Assembly: GCA_031372705.1 (NCBI GenBank)
Contig: JANMLV010000224.1
Coordinates: 1-53,859, forward strand
Origin: Bacteroidota bacterium
GTDB taxonomy: Bacteria; Bacteroidota; Bacteroidia; Chitinophagales; BACL12
Length of the DNA stretch: 53,859 nucleotides
Reading direction: 5' to 3'
The notes under the pieces are model-generated. The model did no database searches, was not told where the DNA came from, and saw only the letters and a list, made by a program, of their open reading frames with translations. Each line of letters opens with the position of its first letter. Within the stretch, counting starts at the first letter, position 1. Shown one piece after another: positions 19,171 through 28,729 of the stretch. Both the position numbers and the translations under genes were made by a program.

Positions 19171-20412
19171 ATGATGATTAAAAAGAAACTGGTTTTTTTA
19201 TTTCTGACTGTTGTGATTTTTCAATCACAGGTATTCGGGCAGCAATGCGCAACCAATGAAATTTTGAAGCAAATCAGCATTAATAACCCTGATATGTATC
19301 AAAATATCATCACCCAAAAAAATATTGCCGCAAATGCGCGTTTAACAGATGATGTTTATGTAATTCCTGTTGTTGTACATATTGTATATAATACCGAATC
19401 TCAAAACCTGGATGATATTCGTGTATTCACCCAAATAAACGTGTTAAACGAAGATTTTCGCAGGTTAAATCCCGATACGGTTAACACACCCGGTGAATTT
19501 TCAGATAATGCAGCAGATGTTGGAATAGAATTTTGTTTGGCTTCTATCGACCCTTACGGAAATCCCACTACCGGAATAGTTAGAACATTTACCGATACTA
19601 CCGAATGGCTACTTTCATTTTCAGAAGAAGTAAAACAAACTGATCAAATGGGTGATGATGCTTGGCCGGCATCAACATATTTAAACATTTGGGTATGTAA
19701 TCTTCAAGATGGCATTCTTGGTTACGCTGTTTCTCCCGGTGCAAGTCCAGAGGTTGATGGTGTTGTAGTAGATTATCGAAATTTTGGTTTAGCTGATGTT
19801 AGTTCTCAGCCGTACCACCTTGGTCGTACTTGCACACACGAAGTTGGTCACTGGCTCGGTTTAACCCATATTTGGGGCGATGACGGCGGAATATGCGGCG
19901 GCACCGATAATATTCCCGATACTCCAAATCAAAGTGAGGAAACATATGGCTGTCCTGATTTTCCGCTTACCGACGAATGTTCTCCCGACGCTCCGGGTAT
20001 TATGTTTCAAAATTATATGGATTATACCGATGATGCCTGTATGAATATTTTTACTGATGGTCAGCGAGAAAAAATGCGCACTGTTATGGAAACTTATCGG
20101 GCCTCATTATTAACATCTACAGCCGGATGTAATGAAATTGGACCATTACCGGGCGATTTGGCAGAACTTTTGGTGTATCCGATTCCTTCAAATGGCCAAT
20201 TTACCGTTACAGTTAAAAATTTTATTGGCTACCAAGATCATATCGATATTCAAATTTATGATGTTTTAGGTCAGTTAATTGCCGGCGCAAATCCCGAAGC
20301 CACCTATAACGTAGCACAATATTTCGACCTCTCCAATTTATCAACCGGTTGCTATTTTGTGCAGGTATTTAATGGCACATATTTCCTATCAGCTGAGTTT
20401 ATGATTTATTGA
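19171..20412 (+). CDS. M43 (pappalysin/ulilysin-like) zinc metalloprotease with T9SS domain
   Basis: Signal peptide, IPVVVHIVY, HEVGHWLGLTH, NYMDY Met-turn, C-terminal VYPIPSNG...GCYFV. Confidence 0.93.
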   Translation: MMIKKKLVFLFLTVVIFQSQVFGQQCATNEILKQISINNPDMYQNIITQKNIAANARLTDDVYVIPVVVHIVYNTESQNLDDIRVFTQINVLNEDFRRLNPDTVNTPGEFSDNAADVGIEFCLASIDPYGNPTTGIVRTFTDTTEWLLSFSEEVKQTDQMGDDAWPASTYLNIWVCNLQDGILGYAVSPGASPEVDGVVVDYRNFGLADVSSQPYHLGRTCTHEVGHWLGLTHIWGDDGGICGGTDNIPDTPNQSEETYGCPDFPLTDECSPDAPGIMFQNYMDYTDDACMNIFTDGQREKMRTVMETYRASLLTSTAGCNEIGPLPGDLAELLVYPIPSNGQFTVTVKNFIGYQDHIDIQIYDVLGQLIAGANPEATYNVAQYFDLSNLSTGCYFVQVFNGTYFLSAEFMIY

Positions 20413-20578
20413 CCAAATTAATGGGTGTGCAAACATTATTGGATAGTTTATGATTATTTCAATATGTAATACTTGAAATAATAATCCTAAAGGCAAATAA
20501 ACTTAACTTGAATGATGAAATTTTCATGCTTCTCCTTAACTTTGTAGAGTAACTCATCATTAAATCTTAATCAACATA

Positions 20579-21874
20579 ATGAAAAAAGCTTTACTTGCCG
20601 GTGTAATGCTGGCTATTACTACAGTGTCGTTTGGTCAAACTACAATTCGTTGTGGCGCAAATGCCTATCTTAAGCAATTGGAAACCGACTTTCCAGAAGA
20701 ATTTGCAGGCATTAAAGCCTCAGCCGAAAAGCGCGCAAATACTACTGTTACAACAACTTACAGAACTAATGGAGGTGTATATACAATTCCGGTGGTGGTG
20801 CATATAGTTTACAGCACCGCAGTTCAAGACATAGACGATGAATTTGTAATATCACAAATAGAAGTTTTAAATGCCGATTATCGCAGGTTAAATGATGATG
20901 CTGATGAAACTCCGGGTGCATTCGAAACAGTTGCTGCCGATGCACAAATAGAATTTTGCTTGGCACAACAAGATCCTGACGGACATTTCTCATCAGGTAT
21001 TACCAGAACAGAAACTGATATATCCAGTTGGAGTTTATTTGTTGGTGGTGCAGCTGAAAACTATGCCGATAACGTAAAATTTACCGACAAAGGTGGCGAA
21101 GATGCTTGGCCTCGTACTGAATATTTAAACATGTGGGTTTGTAATTTAGGCGGTGGACTTTTAGGTTACGCAACTCCTCCGGGAGGTCCATCAGGAAAAG
21201 ATGGTGTTGTAATTGGATACAAATATTTTGGTGATAGCAGTCCGGGAGGCGTTTACAACAAAGGCAGAACAGCAACGCATGAAGTTGGTCACTGGCTTGG
21301 GTTAAACCACACTTGGGGTGATGATGATTTTGCTGCTGAACCACAATGTGGTGGCTCTGATGGCGTGGGAGATACTCCAAATCAAGAAGATGCAACTTAC
21401 GGTGCTCCACCTTTTCCTCAACTTGACGACTGTTCTCCTTCAAGTCCGGGTATTCAATTTATGAATTACATGGATTATGTTGATGACGGTGCAATGAATA
21501 TGTTTTCACAAGATCAAGCTGATGAAATGAGAGCAGTGTTAGAAGATGACCGTGAAACTATTCTTAGTTCTCAAGGTTGTGTTCCGGGTGGCGTTGATGT
21601 AAATGATGTACTTAAAGCACAATTAATTCAATTGAGTATCTATCCAAACCCTTCAAATGGCGAATTTGTTTTTGAAATGAAAAACTTCGTTCATAACGAT
21701 CTTACAGTTGAAGTTTTTAACCTGACAGGTGAACTTATTGATAGAATTCAGGTTGTTAATAGTGGTGAAGAAACAATAGTATTTGATGCACAAAATTTAA
21801 GTGCAGGTGACTACTTGGTAAAAGCATCGGATGGTGAATTTTACCTTACTCAAAAGATTACAGTAATAAAATAA
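20579..21874 (+). CDS. M43 zinc metalloprotease with T9SS domain (paralogue of the upstream gene)
   Basis: Signal peptide, RCG cysteine-switch-like motif, HEVGHWLGLNH, NYMDY, IYPNPSNG; TAACTTTG box upstream. Confidence 0.93.
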   Translation: MKKALLAGVMLAITTVSFGQTTIRCGANAYLKQLETDFPEEFAGIKASAEKRANTTVTTTYRTNGGVYTIPVVVHIVYSTAVQDIDDEFVISQIEVLNADYRRLNDDADETPGAFETVAADAQIEFCLAQQDPDGHFSSGITRTETDISSWSLFVGGAAENYADNVKFTDKGGEDAWPRTEYLNMWVCNLGGGLLGYATPPGGPSGKDGVVIGYKYFGDSSPGGVYNKGRTATHEVGHWLGLNHTWGDDDFAAEPQCGGSDGVGDTPNQEDATYGAPPFPQLDDCSPSSPGIQFMNYMDYVDDGAMNMFSQDQADEMRAVLEDDRETILSSQGCVPGGVDVNDVLKAQLIQLSIYPNPSNGEFVFEMKNFVHNDLTVEVFNLTGELIDRIQVVNSGEETIVFDAQNLSAGDYLVKASDGEFYLTQKITVIK

Positions 21875-21894
21875 TATGTTTAAATTAATTAGAT

Positions 21895-21938
21895 AATAAA
21901 AAAGTGGTTGGTTATTAATAACCAACCACTTTTTTATT
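21895..21938 (+). terminator. 44-bp perfect palindrome / terminator
   Basis: AATAAAAAAGTGGTTGGTTATT|AATAACCAACCACTTTTTTATT is its own reverse complement. Confidence 0.8.
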
Positions 21939-21952
21939 TAAATCAATTGCTG

Positions 21953-23152
21953 ATGACACGTGAAGAGGATATAAAATCATTGCTGACTGCAACAACGCAA
22001 AATGTACAATTATTGCAAATTGCAGATAAAGTGCTGGCAGGTTTTAGAATTAGTTTTGAAGATGGGGTTGCACTTTATGAGCATGCCGACCTTAGCTTTG
22101 TTGGTACACTTGCCGATTATATTCGCAAAAAGAAACATGGCGATATAACCTATTTTAACCGGAACTTCCACATAGAACCCACTAATTTATGCGTTTTCGA
22201 TTGTAAGTTTTGTTCATACTCAACGCTAATTAAAAAACGATCTGAAGGTTGGGTAATGAGCAGTGAAGAAATACTGGATATTGTTCGCTCATATAATAAT
22301 AAACCGGTTACAGAAGTGCATGTTGTTGGAGGCGTGTTACCTGAATTAAATTTGAAGTGGTTTGCAGATATTATTCGCGAAATAAAAATAATAAGACCAG
22401 AACTGCACGTAAAAGGATTTACCGCAGTAGAATTGGATTATATGATTCGCAAAGCGAAATTGAGCACGAGAGAAGGTTTGGCATTGCTTAAAGAAGCCGG
22501 CCTCGATTCACTTCCGGGCGGTGGAGCAGAAATTTTTGATGAAGACCTTCGCAATCAAATTTGTGCAGATAAATGTAATTCGGCAACCTGGCTCGAAATT
22601 CATAAAACTGCGCATGAATTAGGCATGCCTACCAATGCTACCATGCTTTATGGTCACATCGAAAATTATAAGCATCGCGTTGATCACATGGATCGTTTGA
22701 GAAAATTGCAAGATGAAACGAGTGGATTTAATTGCTTTATTCCACTTAAGTTTCGCAATAAGCATAACCAAATGAGTAATATTGAAGAGGTGAGTGTTAT
22801 TGAAGATTTACGCAATTATGCCATCTCAAGAATTTATCTCGATAATTTCGGACATATTAAAGCGTATTGGCCAATGATAGGTCGACAAAATGCCCAATTA
22901 AGTCTCAATTTTGGTGTAAACGATATTGACGGAACTATTGATGATTCAACAAAAATTTATTCCATGGCAGGTGCCGAAGAGCAAACACCTGTTATGAGCA
23001 CAAAGGAAATTTGTGAATTAATAATTGCAGTAGGCAAAATTCCTGTTGAACGCGACACTGTTTATAATGCTTTAAAAAATTATGCGGATGTGGATCTTGA
23101 TGCAGAATTTGGCGTTAATAGTTTTGTAAACTTGCCGCTTATAAATAACTAA
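21953..23152 (+). CDS. mqnE: Aminofutalosine synthase (radical SAM)
   Basis: HIEPTNLCVFDCKFC (CxxxCxxC), PGGGAEIF, NATMLYGHIE, FIPL, HIKAYW (MqnE-type); start MTREED. Confidence 0.88.
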   Translation: MTREEDIKSLLTATTQNVQLLQIADKVLAGFRISFEDGVALYEHADLSFVGTLADYIRKKKHGDITYFNRNFHIEPTNLCVFDCKFCSYSTLIKKRSEGWVMSSEEILDIVRSYNNKPVTEVHVVGGVLPELNLKWFADIIREIKIIRPELHVKGFTAVELDYMIRKAKLSTREGLALLKEAGLDSLPGGGAEIFDEDLRNQICADKCNSATWLEIHKTAHELGMPTNATMLYGHIENYKHRVDHMDRLRKLQDETSGFNCFIPLKFRNKHNQMSNIEEVSVIEDLRNYAISRIYLDNFGHIKAYWPMIGRQNAQLSLNFGVNDIDGTIDDSTKIYSMAGAEEQTPVMSTKEICELIIAVGKIPVERDTVYNALKNYADVDLDAEFGVNSFVNLPLINN

Positions 23153-23153
23153 T

Positions 23154-23762
23154 TTGGAAAAAGAAATTTTTATTATTCGCCACGGCGAAACTGATTTTAA
23201 TAGGTCAGGTATTGTTCAAGGTAAAGGTGTTAACAGTTCTATAAATGAGAATGGGCGCTCACAAGCAGCATCTTTTTTTGATGTATATGCCAATGAAGGT
23301 TTTGAGCGTATTTACATTTCACAATTGCAGCGCACAGCCCAAACAGTAGAGCCTTTCGCCGGCTTAAATATTCCGTTAACTATTCATGAAGGGCTAGATG
23401 AAATTAGCTGGGGTATTCACGAAGGAAAGAAAGATGGTGATACATTCAAAGACTTCTACAGCATGCTCCATTTATGGCAAGCAGGTGAAACTACTTCAAA
23501 AATTGAAGGCGGTGAAAGTCCCGAAGAGGTTCAAATCCGACAACGCATTTTTGTTGCTGATTTGATTGCGGCACCTGAAAAAAAAGTGTTGATCTGCAGC
23601 CATGGTCGCGCAATTAGAATTTTACTTTGTACCATGTTGAATCAGCCATTAAAAGATATGGATACATTTCCGCACAACAATGTGAGTTTATATAAACTTA
23701 ATTACGATGCTAATGGTTTTAAAATTATATTATTTAACGACATTGGACATTTGAATGGATAA
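23154..23762 (+). CDS. Histidine phosphatase family protein
   Basis: RHGETDFN, EISWG, GGES, SHGR; TTG start 1 nt after the mqnE stop. Confidence 0.9.
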   Translation: MEKEIFIIRHGETDFNRSGIVQGKGVNSSINENGRSQAASFFDVYANEGFERIYISQLQRTAQTVEPFAGLNIPLTIHEGLDEISWGIHEGKKDGDTFKDFYSMLHLWQAGETTSKIEGGESPEEVQIRQRIFVADLIAAPEKKVLICSHGRAIRILLCTMLNQPLKDMDTFPHNNVSLYKLNYDANGFKIILFNDIGHLNG

Positions 23763-24513
23763 GCATATTATTTCACTGGTAAGTTATCTCAATACAAAAC
23801 CATTTTTGTATGGTTTGGAGCAATCAGATGTGCTTAGTAAGCTTGAATTACAGTTGGATATTCCTTCAGTTGGAGGTAAAAAAATATTAAGCAATTCGGT
23901 TGATATCGGTTTAGTACCGGTGGCCGTTTTGGCTAAGTTGGATGATGCGCGTATAATTACCGACTATTGCATTGGCGCAAATGGACCAGTAAAAAGCGTG
24001 AGTATTTTTTCTGAAGTTCCAATCGATAAAATTGAAAAGGTTTTTCTTGATCATCACTCATTAACATCCGTTCAACTTGTGAAAATATTATTGCGTGAAC
24101 ATTGGCAAATTAATCCGTTGCAAATTGACGCGCATGCAGGTTATATAGAAGAAATAAAAGGAGCAACAGCAGGATTGGTAATTGGTGATAGAGCATTGTT
24201 GCTCAATAATCGATTCGAATATGTTTATGATTTAAGCGCTGCATGGAAACAACTTACCGGATTACCATTTGTATTTGCCGCATGGATTACCAGAAAAACA
24301 TTACCCGATAATTTAATAGCAGATATAAATAATGCACTGCAATTCGGAGTAAGTCATATTGATACAGTTGCCGAAAATTATAAGCATCCAAATTTTTCGA
24401 AAGAAGAAGTATATGATTACCTTCAAAATTATATCAGCTATAACCTTGATAGCACTAAGCGTAGAGCTTTAGACCTCTTTATCGGGAAAGTTAGAGCGAA
24501 TGTTCCGGTTTAA
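23755..24513 (+). CDS. mqnA: Chorismate dehydratase (futalosine pathway)
   Basis: SYLNTKPF, CIGANGPVKSV, SLTSV, LVIGDRAL, DL...W...TGLPFVFAAW. Confidence 0.92.
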   Translation: MDKHIISLVSYLNTKPFLYGLEQSDVLSKLELQLDIPSVGGKKILSNSVDIGLVPVAVLAKLDDARIITDYCIGANGPVKSVSIFSEVPIDKIEKVFLDHHSLTSVQLVKILLREHWQINPLQIDAHAGYIEEIKGATAGLVIGDRALLLNNRFEYVYDLSAAWKQLTGLPFVFAAWITRKTLPDNLIADINNALQFGVSHIDTVAENYKHPNFSKEEVYDYLQNYISYNLDSTKRRALDLFIGKVRANVPV

Positions 24514-24516
24514 TTA

Positions 24517-25389
24517 TTATAAAGTGGAAATAAAATTTAATCCCTTTTGAATTAAATTGTCTGTTGCTTTTGCAGGGTCATTGCTAAATGTACCTAATGC
24601 TCTATTTGCCAATAAAACATTCAAAGATAAACACCTATGATTCAATACATTTGCTAAGCCATACATAGCAGCCGTCTCCATTTCTATATTGGTAATCCTC
24701 AAATTATTTTCATTAAAGGTTTCAACTTTTTTATAATACTCCGGATGGCTTAGTGTATAACCCAAACTTCTGCCTTGCGGCGCGTAAAATCCGGGCGCAG
24801 TTAATGTAATTCCCTTAATAAAGTTATTATCCAATTTTGACAATAATGTTTCATCTGCTTTAAATAAGTATGGATTTATATTGCCATCGAAATAGCAATG
24901 GGTTTTAAATTTCGACAACAATGTTAATTCTGCTATGGTGTTGTTAAAGTCATAGAAATAAATAACATTGTCTAGCCCAATGCCAAATTCAGATGCCAGC
25001 AAACTGTCAACGCTTATATCCCGTTGCACACAGCCTGATGTGCCAAAACGCACAATTGTTAAGCTGGTGTGATTGCCCTTAAATTGCTTTTGCTCAAAAT
25101 CATAGTTTTTTAAAACATGCAATTCATTAAATACAATATCAATATTATCAGGTCCAATTCCTGTACTGATTACACTGATTTGCTTTTTGCCAATAAAACC
25201 TGTATGCGTTATAAATTCTCGCTTTTGCACTTTATGTTCAATGTAATCAAAATATTTGCTTACCATTGCAACACGGTCAGGATCACCTACAGTAATTATG
25301 GTATCAGCTAATTGTTCCGGAAGTAAATGCAAATGATAAACACTGCCATCTGCATTCAATATGAGTTCTGAGGATGCGATTGTTGACAT
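24517..25389 (-). CDS. Nucleoside phosphorylase (PNP/UDP family, uridine-phosphorylase-like)
   Basis: YHL, VGDPDRV, REF, STGIG, RFGTSG, GFYAPQGR, NIEMET. Confidence 0.9.
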   Translation of the reverse strand: MSTIASSELILNADGSVYHLHLLPEQLADTIITVGDPDRVAMVSKYFDYIEHKVQKREFITHTGFIGKKQISVISTGIGPDNIDIVFNELHVLKNYDFEQKQFKGNHTSLTIVRFGTSGCVQRDISVDSLLASEFGIGLDNVIYFYDFNNTIAELTLLSKFKTHCYFDGNINPYLFKADETLLSKLDNNFIKGITLTAPGFYAPQGRSLGYTLSHPEYYKKVETFNENNLRITNIEMETAAMYGLANVLNHRCLSLNVLLANRALGTFSNDPAKATDNLIQKGLNFISTL

Positions 25390-25393
25390 AGCT

Positions 25394-25426
25394 CAAAGTT
25401 AATTGTAAAATTTCTGATTATTTTTG
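25394..25426. promoter_or_regulatory. Back-to-back divergent -7 boxes
   Basis: TAACTTTG (minus, 25394-25401) and TATTTTTG (plus, 25419-25426) in a 46-bp divergent intergenic region. Confidence 0.6.
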
Positions 25427-25435
25427 CATCCTGTT

Positions 25436-26296
25436 ATGAGTGAGCTGATAAAGCAGATTTTTGTCCCTACCGATTTTTCAACCGCTTCTGCAGCGGCTTT
25501 GCAGTACGCCATATATATTGCAAACAGAACTAATTCGCGTATTCATTTAGTACATTTTGCAAATAGAGACAGCCTAAAGGGCAAAAATGATTCTGCAGCA
25601 GCCTATAAGAAAAATTTGAGGGTGTTAGAGGCTCGGTTAGATGACATGAAAAACTTTAGTGGCGCTGCTTTCCGCATCGAAACTCATGTTATAACTACAT
25701 CTGAATCTATTTCACAATTAATACATGAATATGGGTTAGAAATTGGCGCTGAGTTAGCTTGCATAGGAACTTTTGGTGCCGATTCGAAGTCAACAAAGTT
25801 CAACTTGGGCAATAACACAGAAAAATTAGTAAAAAGTGTCGATTTCCCTGTTTTAACATGTCGCGAAGTAAAAGCGCCTATTCAGTTTAAGAATTTCCTA
25901 TTGCCAATCGATTTAACAAAATACACCAGCGAAAAAGTTGAGCGTATAATTCGTTTTGCAAAAAGTTTTGATGCTACGATACATTTAGTAGCCGTTTCAG
26001 AATTTTTGGAAGAATTTATCTCCAGCCGATCTGCACTTGAAGATAAAATGGAAGAAGCAGCAGAAGTTATTCGAAAGCATGGATTGAAATGCACTACCGA
26101 AATGATAAGACATGACATTGTGAGCAATTCTATTCTTTCTTACGCAACAGAAATCGATGCCGATTTATTGGTAATTATGAGCCACGCCGAAAATAAATTT
26201 AACAATCTCATTTTTGGTTCACGCATAAATAAGATAATATCCCATTCAGAAATTCCGGTATTAAGTTTCCGCCCTGAGGATGAAGAAATGGAATAA
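25436..26296 (+). CDS. Universal stress protein (tandem USP domains)
   Basis: IFVPTDFS, LGNNTEKLV, PVLT, ADLLVIM, IFGS, IPVLS. Confidence 0.9.
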   Translation: MSELIKQIFVPTDFSTASAAALQYAIYIANRTNSRIHLVHFANRDSLKGKNDSAAAYKKNLRVLEARLDDMKNFSGAAFRIETHVITTSESISQLIHEYGLEIGAELACIGTFGADSKSTKFNLGNNTEKLVKSVDFPVLTCREVKAPIQFKNFLLPIDLTKYTSEKVERIIRFAKSFDATIHLVAVSEFLEEFISSRSALEDKMEEAAEVIRKHGLKCTTEMIRHDIVSNSILSYATEIDADLLVIMSHAENKFNNLIFGSRINKIISHSEIPVLSFRPEDEEME

Positions 26297-26298
26297 AT

Positions 26299-28128
26299 TT
26301 AGTGCGTATTAACTAATACGGTTGACGCTTTCGAGCTTTCACTAATAACTTCAATTAATAATATTTCAGGATAACCTTGCGGCGCTTTCCATTCAAATGC
26401 TGAAGCAAAACCAATTGTTGAAGCTAATAATTTTCCTTCAATATTGTAACAATTCAGTGTGTACCCTTGAGGAGTATTTAAATTAATAATTAGTGATTCA
26501 TTTTTAAACGAAAATCCTGCACTATTTACAAACGTTATGCCATCAACATTTATCTTATCTGCTATTGCAACAGGATAGAGCAATCCTCGTGCTTGCAACG
26601 CGCCATAAACTAATTCGTAATAAGTGCCGCCAAATAGTAATGCTTCAGCTTCAACAATTAATAAGGCTGCTTGAGGCATTGTCATATTCGGGAAACTGCC
26701 ATACAACGCTTCTAAAACTAATTTGTCGGTATTTTCTTTCCCAATTAAATCGAAAATATCCATCAACGCGCCACTCCATATCTCACTTGAAGCATAATAA
26801 TTATCATTATTATCTTCCGGATAATGTTTATCGGTATCTGCATTTCTCCCAAACCAAAATTCATTATGTCCATCCCACGAAAATATTTTAGCCCATTCGT
26901 AATCGCTGAATTTCCTGGAATAACTTGCTGCGAAATAGTCGCCATAGCCTTCATCTAATGCCCTGCGTTCTAAACCCGAATTTGATAGGGGAGAGGCTTG
27001 GTCGCTTATGGCATGTGTATATTCATGAATTATAACATCAGCGTCTTCTGCATCATCAACTCCGCCTTCACCAAATTGTATACTTGGAATTGCAGCACTC
27101 ACATAAAACGAAATATCTCCGCCACTTGCACCATGTGGATCTATTTCAATATAAAAATTTTGTAAGCTCTCATATCCTAAATTAATTAAATCATTATTCA
27201 TGTTGGTAATATGATAAAATACATTAACATCTTCAAATCCACTTTCACTGCGCAGAAAATTAAATTCAGGAACAATACTAGTAACAACAGGAACAGTTGG
27301 CGCATTTAAGTCTTTTAAAATAACACTGTCGGTGCGCAAAAAGAATGTATCGTTTTCCAATTTTACTATCATAAAAACTGCAACACTTTCGCCATTAAGT
27401 GCAATGTTGTCAGCATCGTCATTGTCGCTATACTCACCACCGTAATTAATTTCAGCTGTTGTTAAAGGATCGGGTAAATAAACTTTAGCTGCAACGGTTG
27501 TATCTGCACCCGAAAAATATACTTTGTGATTATCGGTTTCAACTATATTACCATCAGCATCACAATATATGGTTATGGCACTTCTGTCGTGTGTGAATTG
27601 ATAATCATAAACAAATGTAATTTGCGGCTCATTATTTTTGTTTATGCGAATAATTTGTTTCGGCAATATTGATTGTGGTATAGCATATTTTGATTTTATA
27701 GTATTATCTGCGATGCTGTTAATTTGCATCGAGGCTACATTTTGCCAGTCAGCGGTATTATAAAATGCTCCAACCAAATATTGAATGTCTCCATTTTGCG
27801 CGACACTTATTTTTATAAATGCATCGTCAATTTTTATATTATTATAATATTGAAAATAAGTGTAGTAAGTTGAATGTTTCGTTGCTTTACTGAATGCAAA
27901 TTTTATCTGCGCGTTATGCTGATTAAGTTCCGGATGTTGATTTACAATAAATGACTGTACACTTGTCGTATCATTTTGAATAGCTGTCGGAATTGAAAAC
28001 TTGGCTATTGAAACTGGTTGTGATTGAACCGTTGTATTATTACCAAAAAGTAAAAAAGCGCTAAAAAGAATGGCTAAATGCCAATTCAATTTGCCATAAT
28101 GATTCCAATTTTTGTAAAATCTTTTCAT
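26299..28128 (-). CDS. Secreted gluzincin metallopeptidase (M36/M4-like) with probable degenerate T9SS domain
   Basis: Signal peptide, FTP-like propeptide (YYTYFQYYNNIKI), DADVIIHEYTHA, ALDEGYGDYFA, EIWSGAL; C-terminal YNIEGKLL. Confidence 0.8.
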   Translation of the reverse strand: MKRFYKNWNHYGKLNWHLAILFSAFLLFGNNTTVQSQPVSIAKFSIPTAIQNDTTSVQSFIVNQHPELNQHNAQIKFAFSKATKHSTYYTYFQYYNNIKIDDAFIKISVAQNGDIQYLVGAFYNTADWQNVASMQINSIADNTIKSKYAIPQSILPKQIIRINKNNEPQITFVYDYQFTHDRSAITIYCDADGNIVETDNHKVYFSGADTTVAAKVYLPDPLTTAEINYGGEYSDNDDADNIALNGESVAVFMIVKLENDTFFLRTDSVILKDLNAPTVPVVTSIVPEFNFLRSESGFEDVNVFYHITNMNNDLINLGYESLQNFYIEIDPHGASGGDISFYVSAAIPSIQFGEGGVDDAEDADVIIHEYTHAISDQASPLSNSGLERRALDEGYGDYFAASYSRKFSDYEWAKIFSWDGHNEFWFGRNADTDKHYPEDNNDNYYASSEIWSGALMDIFDLIGKENTDKLVLEALYGSFPNMTMPQAALLIVEAEALLFGGTYYELVYGALQARGLLYPVAIADKINVDGITFVNSAGFSFKNESLIINLNTPQGYTLNCYNIEGKLLASTIGFASAFEWKAPQGYPEILLIEVISESSKASTVLVNTH

Positions 28129-28675
28129 GTTGTGCTCTGTTAAAAGCTATTGTAAAAATACATGTTTCTGCAAATTCGGACGTTAAAATTTTAGCTCCTG
28201 TTTTATTGATTTCATGAATTACCATATGCATATCAGCTTCTTTACATGTTATTTTATAGCAATCCTGAATTTGCACATATAATAATCCGGCATCATTGAG
28301 TCCGGTTAAAGCTGCTGTTCCATAAGCATTTATTAATCCCGGGATGCCAAGTTTTTTTCCTCCGTAATACCGTACAACTAGTATTGCTGCTTGCGTAACT
28401 TCCCTGCTTTTTAGTGCATTTAAAATGGGTTTGCCTGCACTGCCTGAAGGTTCACCATCGTCGGAAGAACGCTCAGTGTCAGCTTCTTGGCCTGTCCTTA
28501 GTGCCCAAGCAATGTGCACAGCTTTATGGTGCTCTTTTTTTAATTTTTCTTTTAACAATTTTAATTCGCCTTCTTCGGCAATAGCATATACATAAGCAAG
28601 AAACTTGCTACCGGATTCAGTATAAGTGCCAACAGAAGCGCTGCTGATAGTTTGATATTCTGTAATTATCTTCAC
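28061..28675 (-). CDS. yigZ: YigZ/IMPACT family protein
   Basis: SKF, HIAWA, SDDGEPSGSAGKPIL, VVRYYGGKKLGIPGLINAY. Confidence 0.93.
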   Translation of the reverse strand: MKIITEYQTISSASVGTYTESGSKFLAYVYAIAEEGELKLLKEKLKKEHHKAVHIAWALRTGQEADTERSSDDGEPSGSAGKPILNALKSREVTQAAILVVRYYGGKKLGIPGLINAYGTAALTGLNDAGLLYVQIQDCYKITCKEADMHMVIHEINKTGAKILTSEFAETCIFTIAFNRAQHEKILQKLESLWQIELAFSHSF

Positions 28676-28729
28676 AATTCATTTGCGAAGATGTAGCAAG
28701 TATTCCGTATTTTAAAATATGATTTAAAA

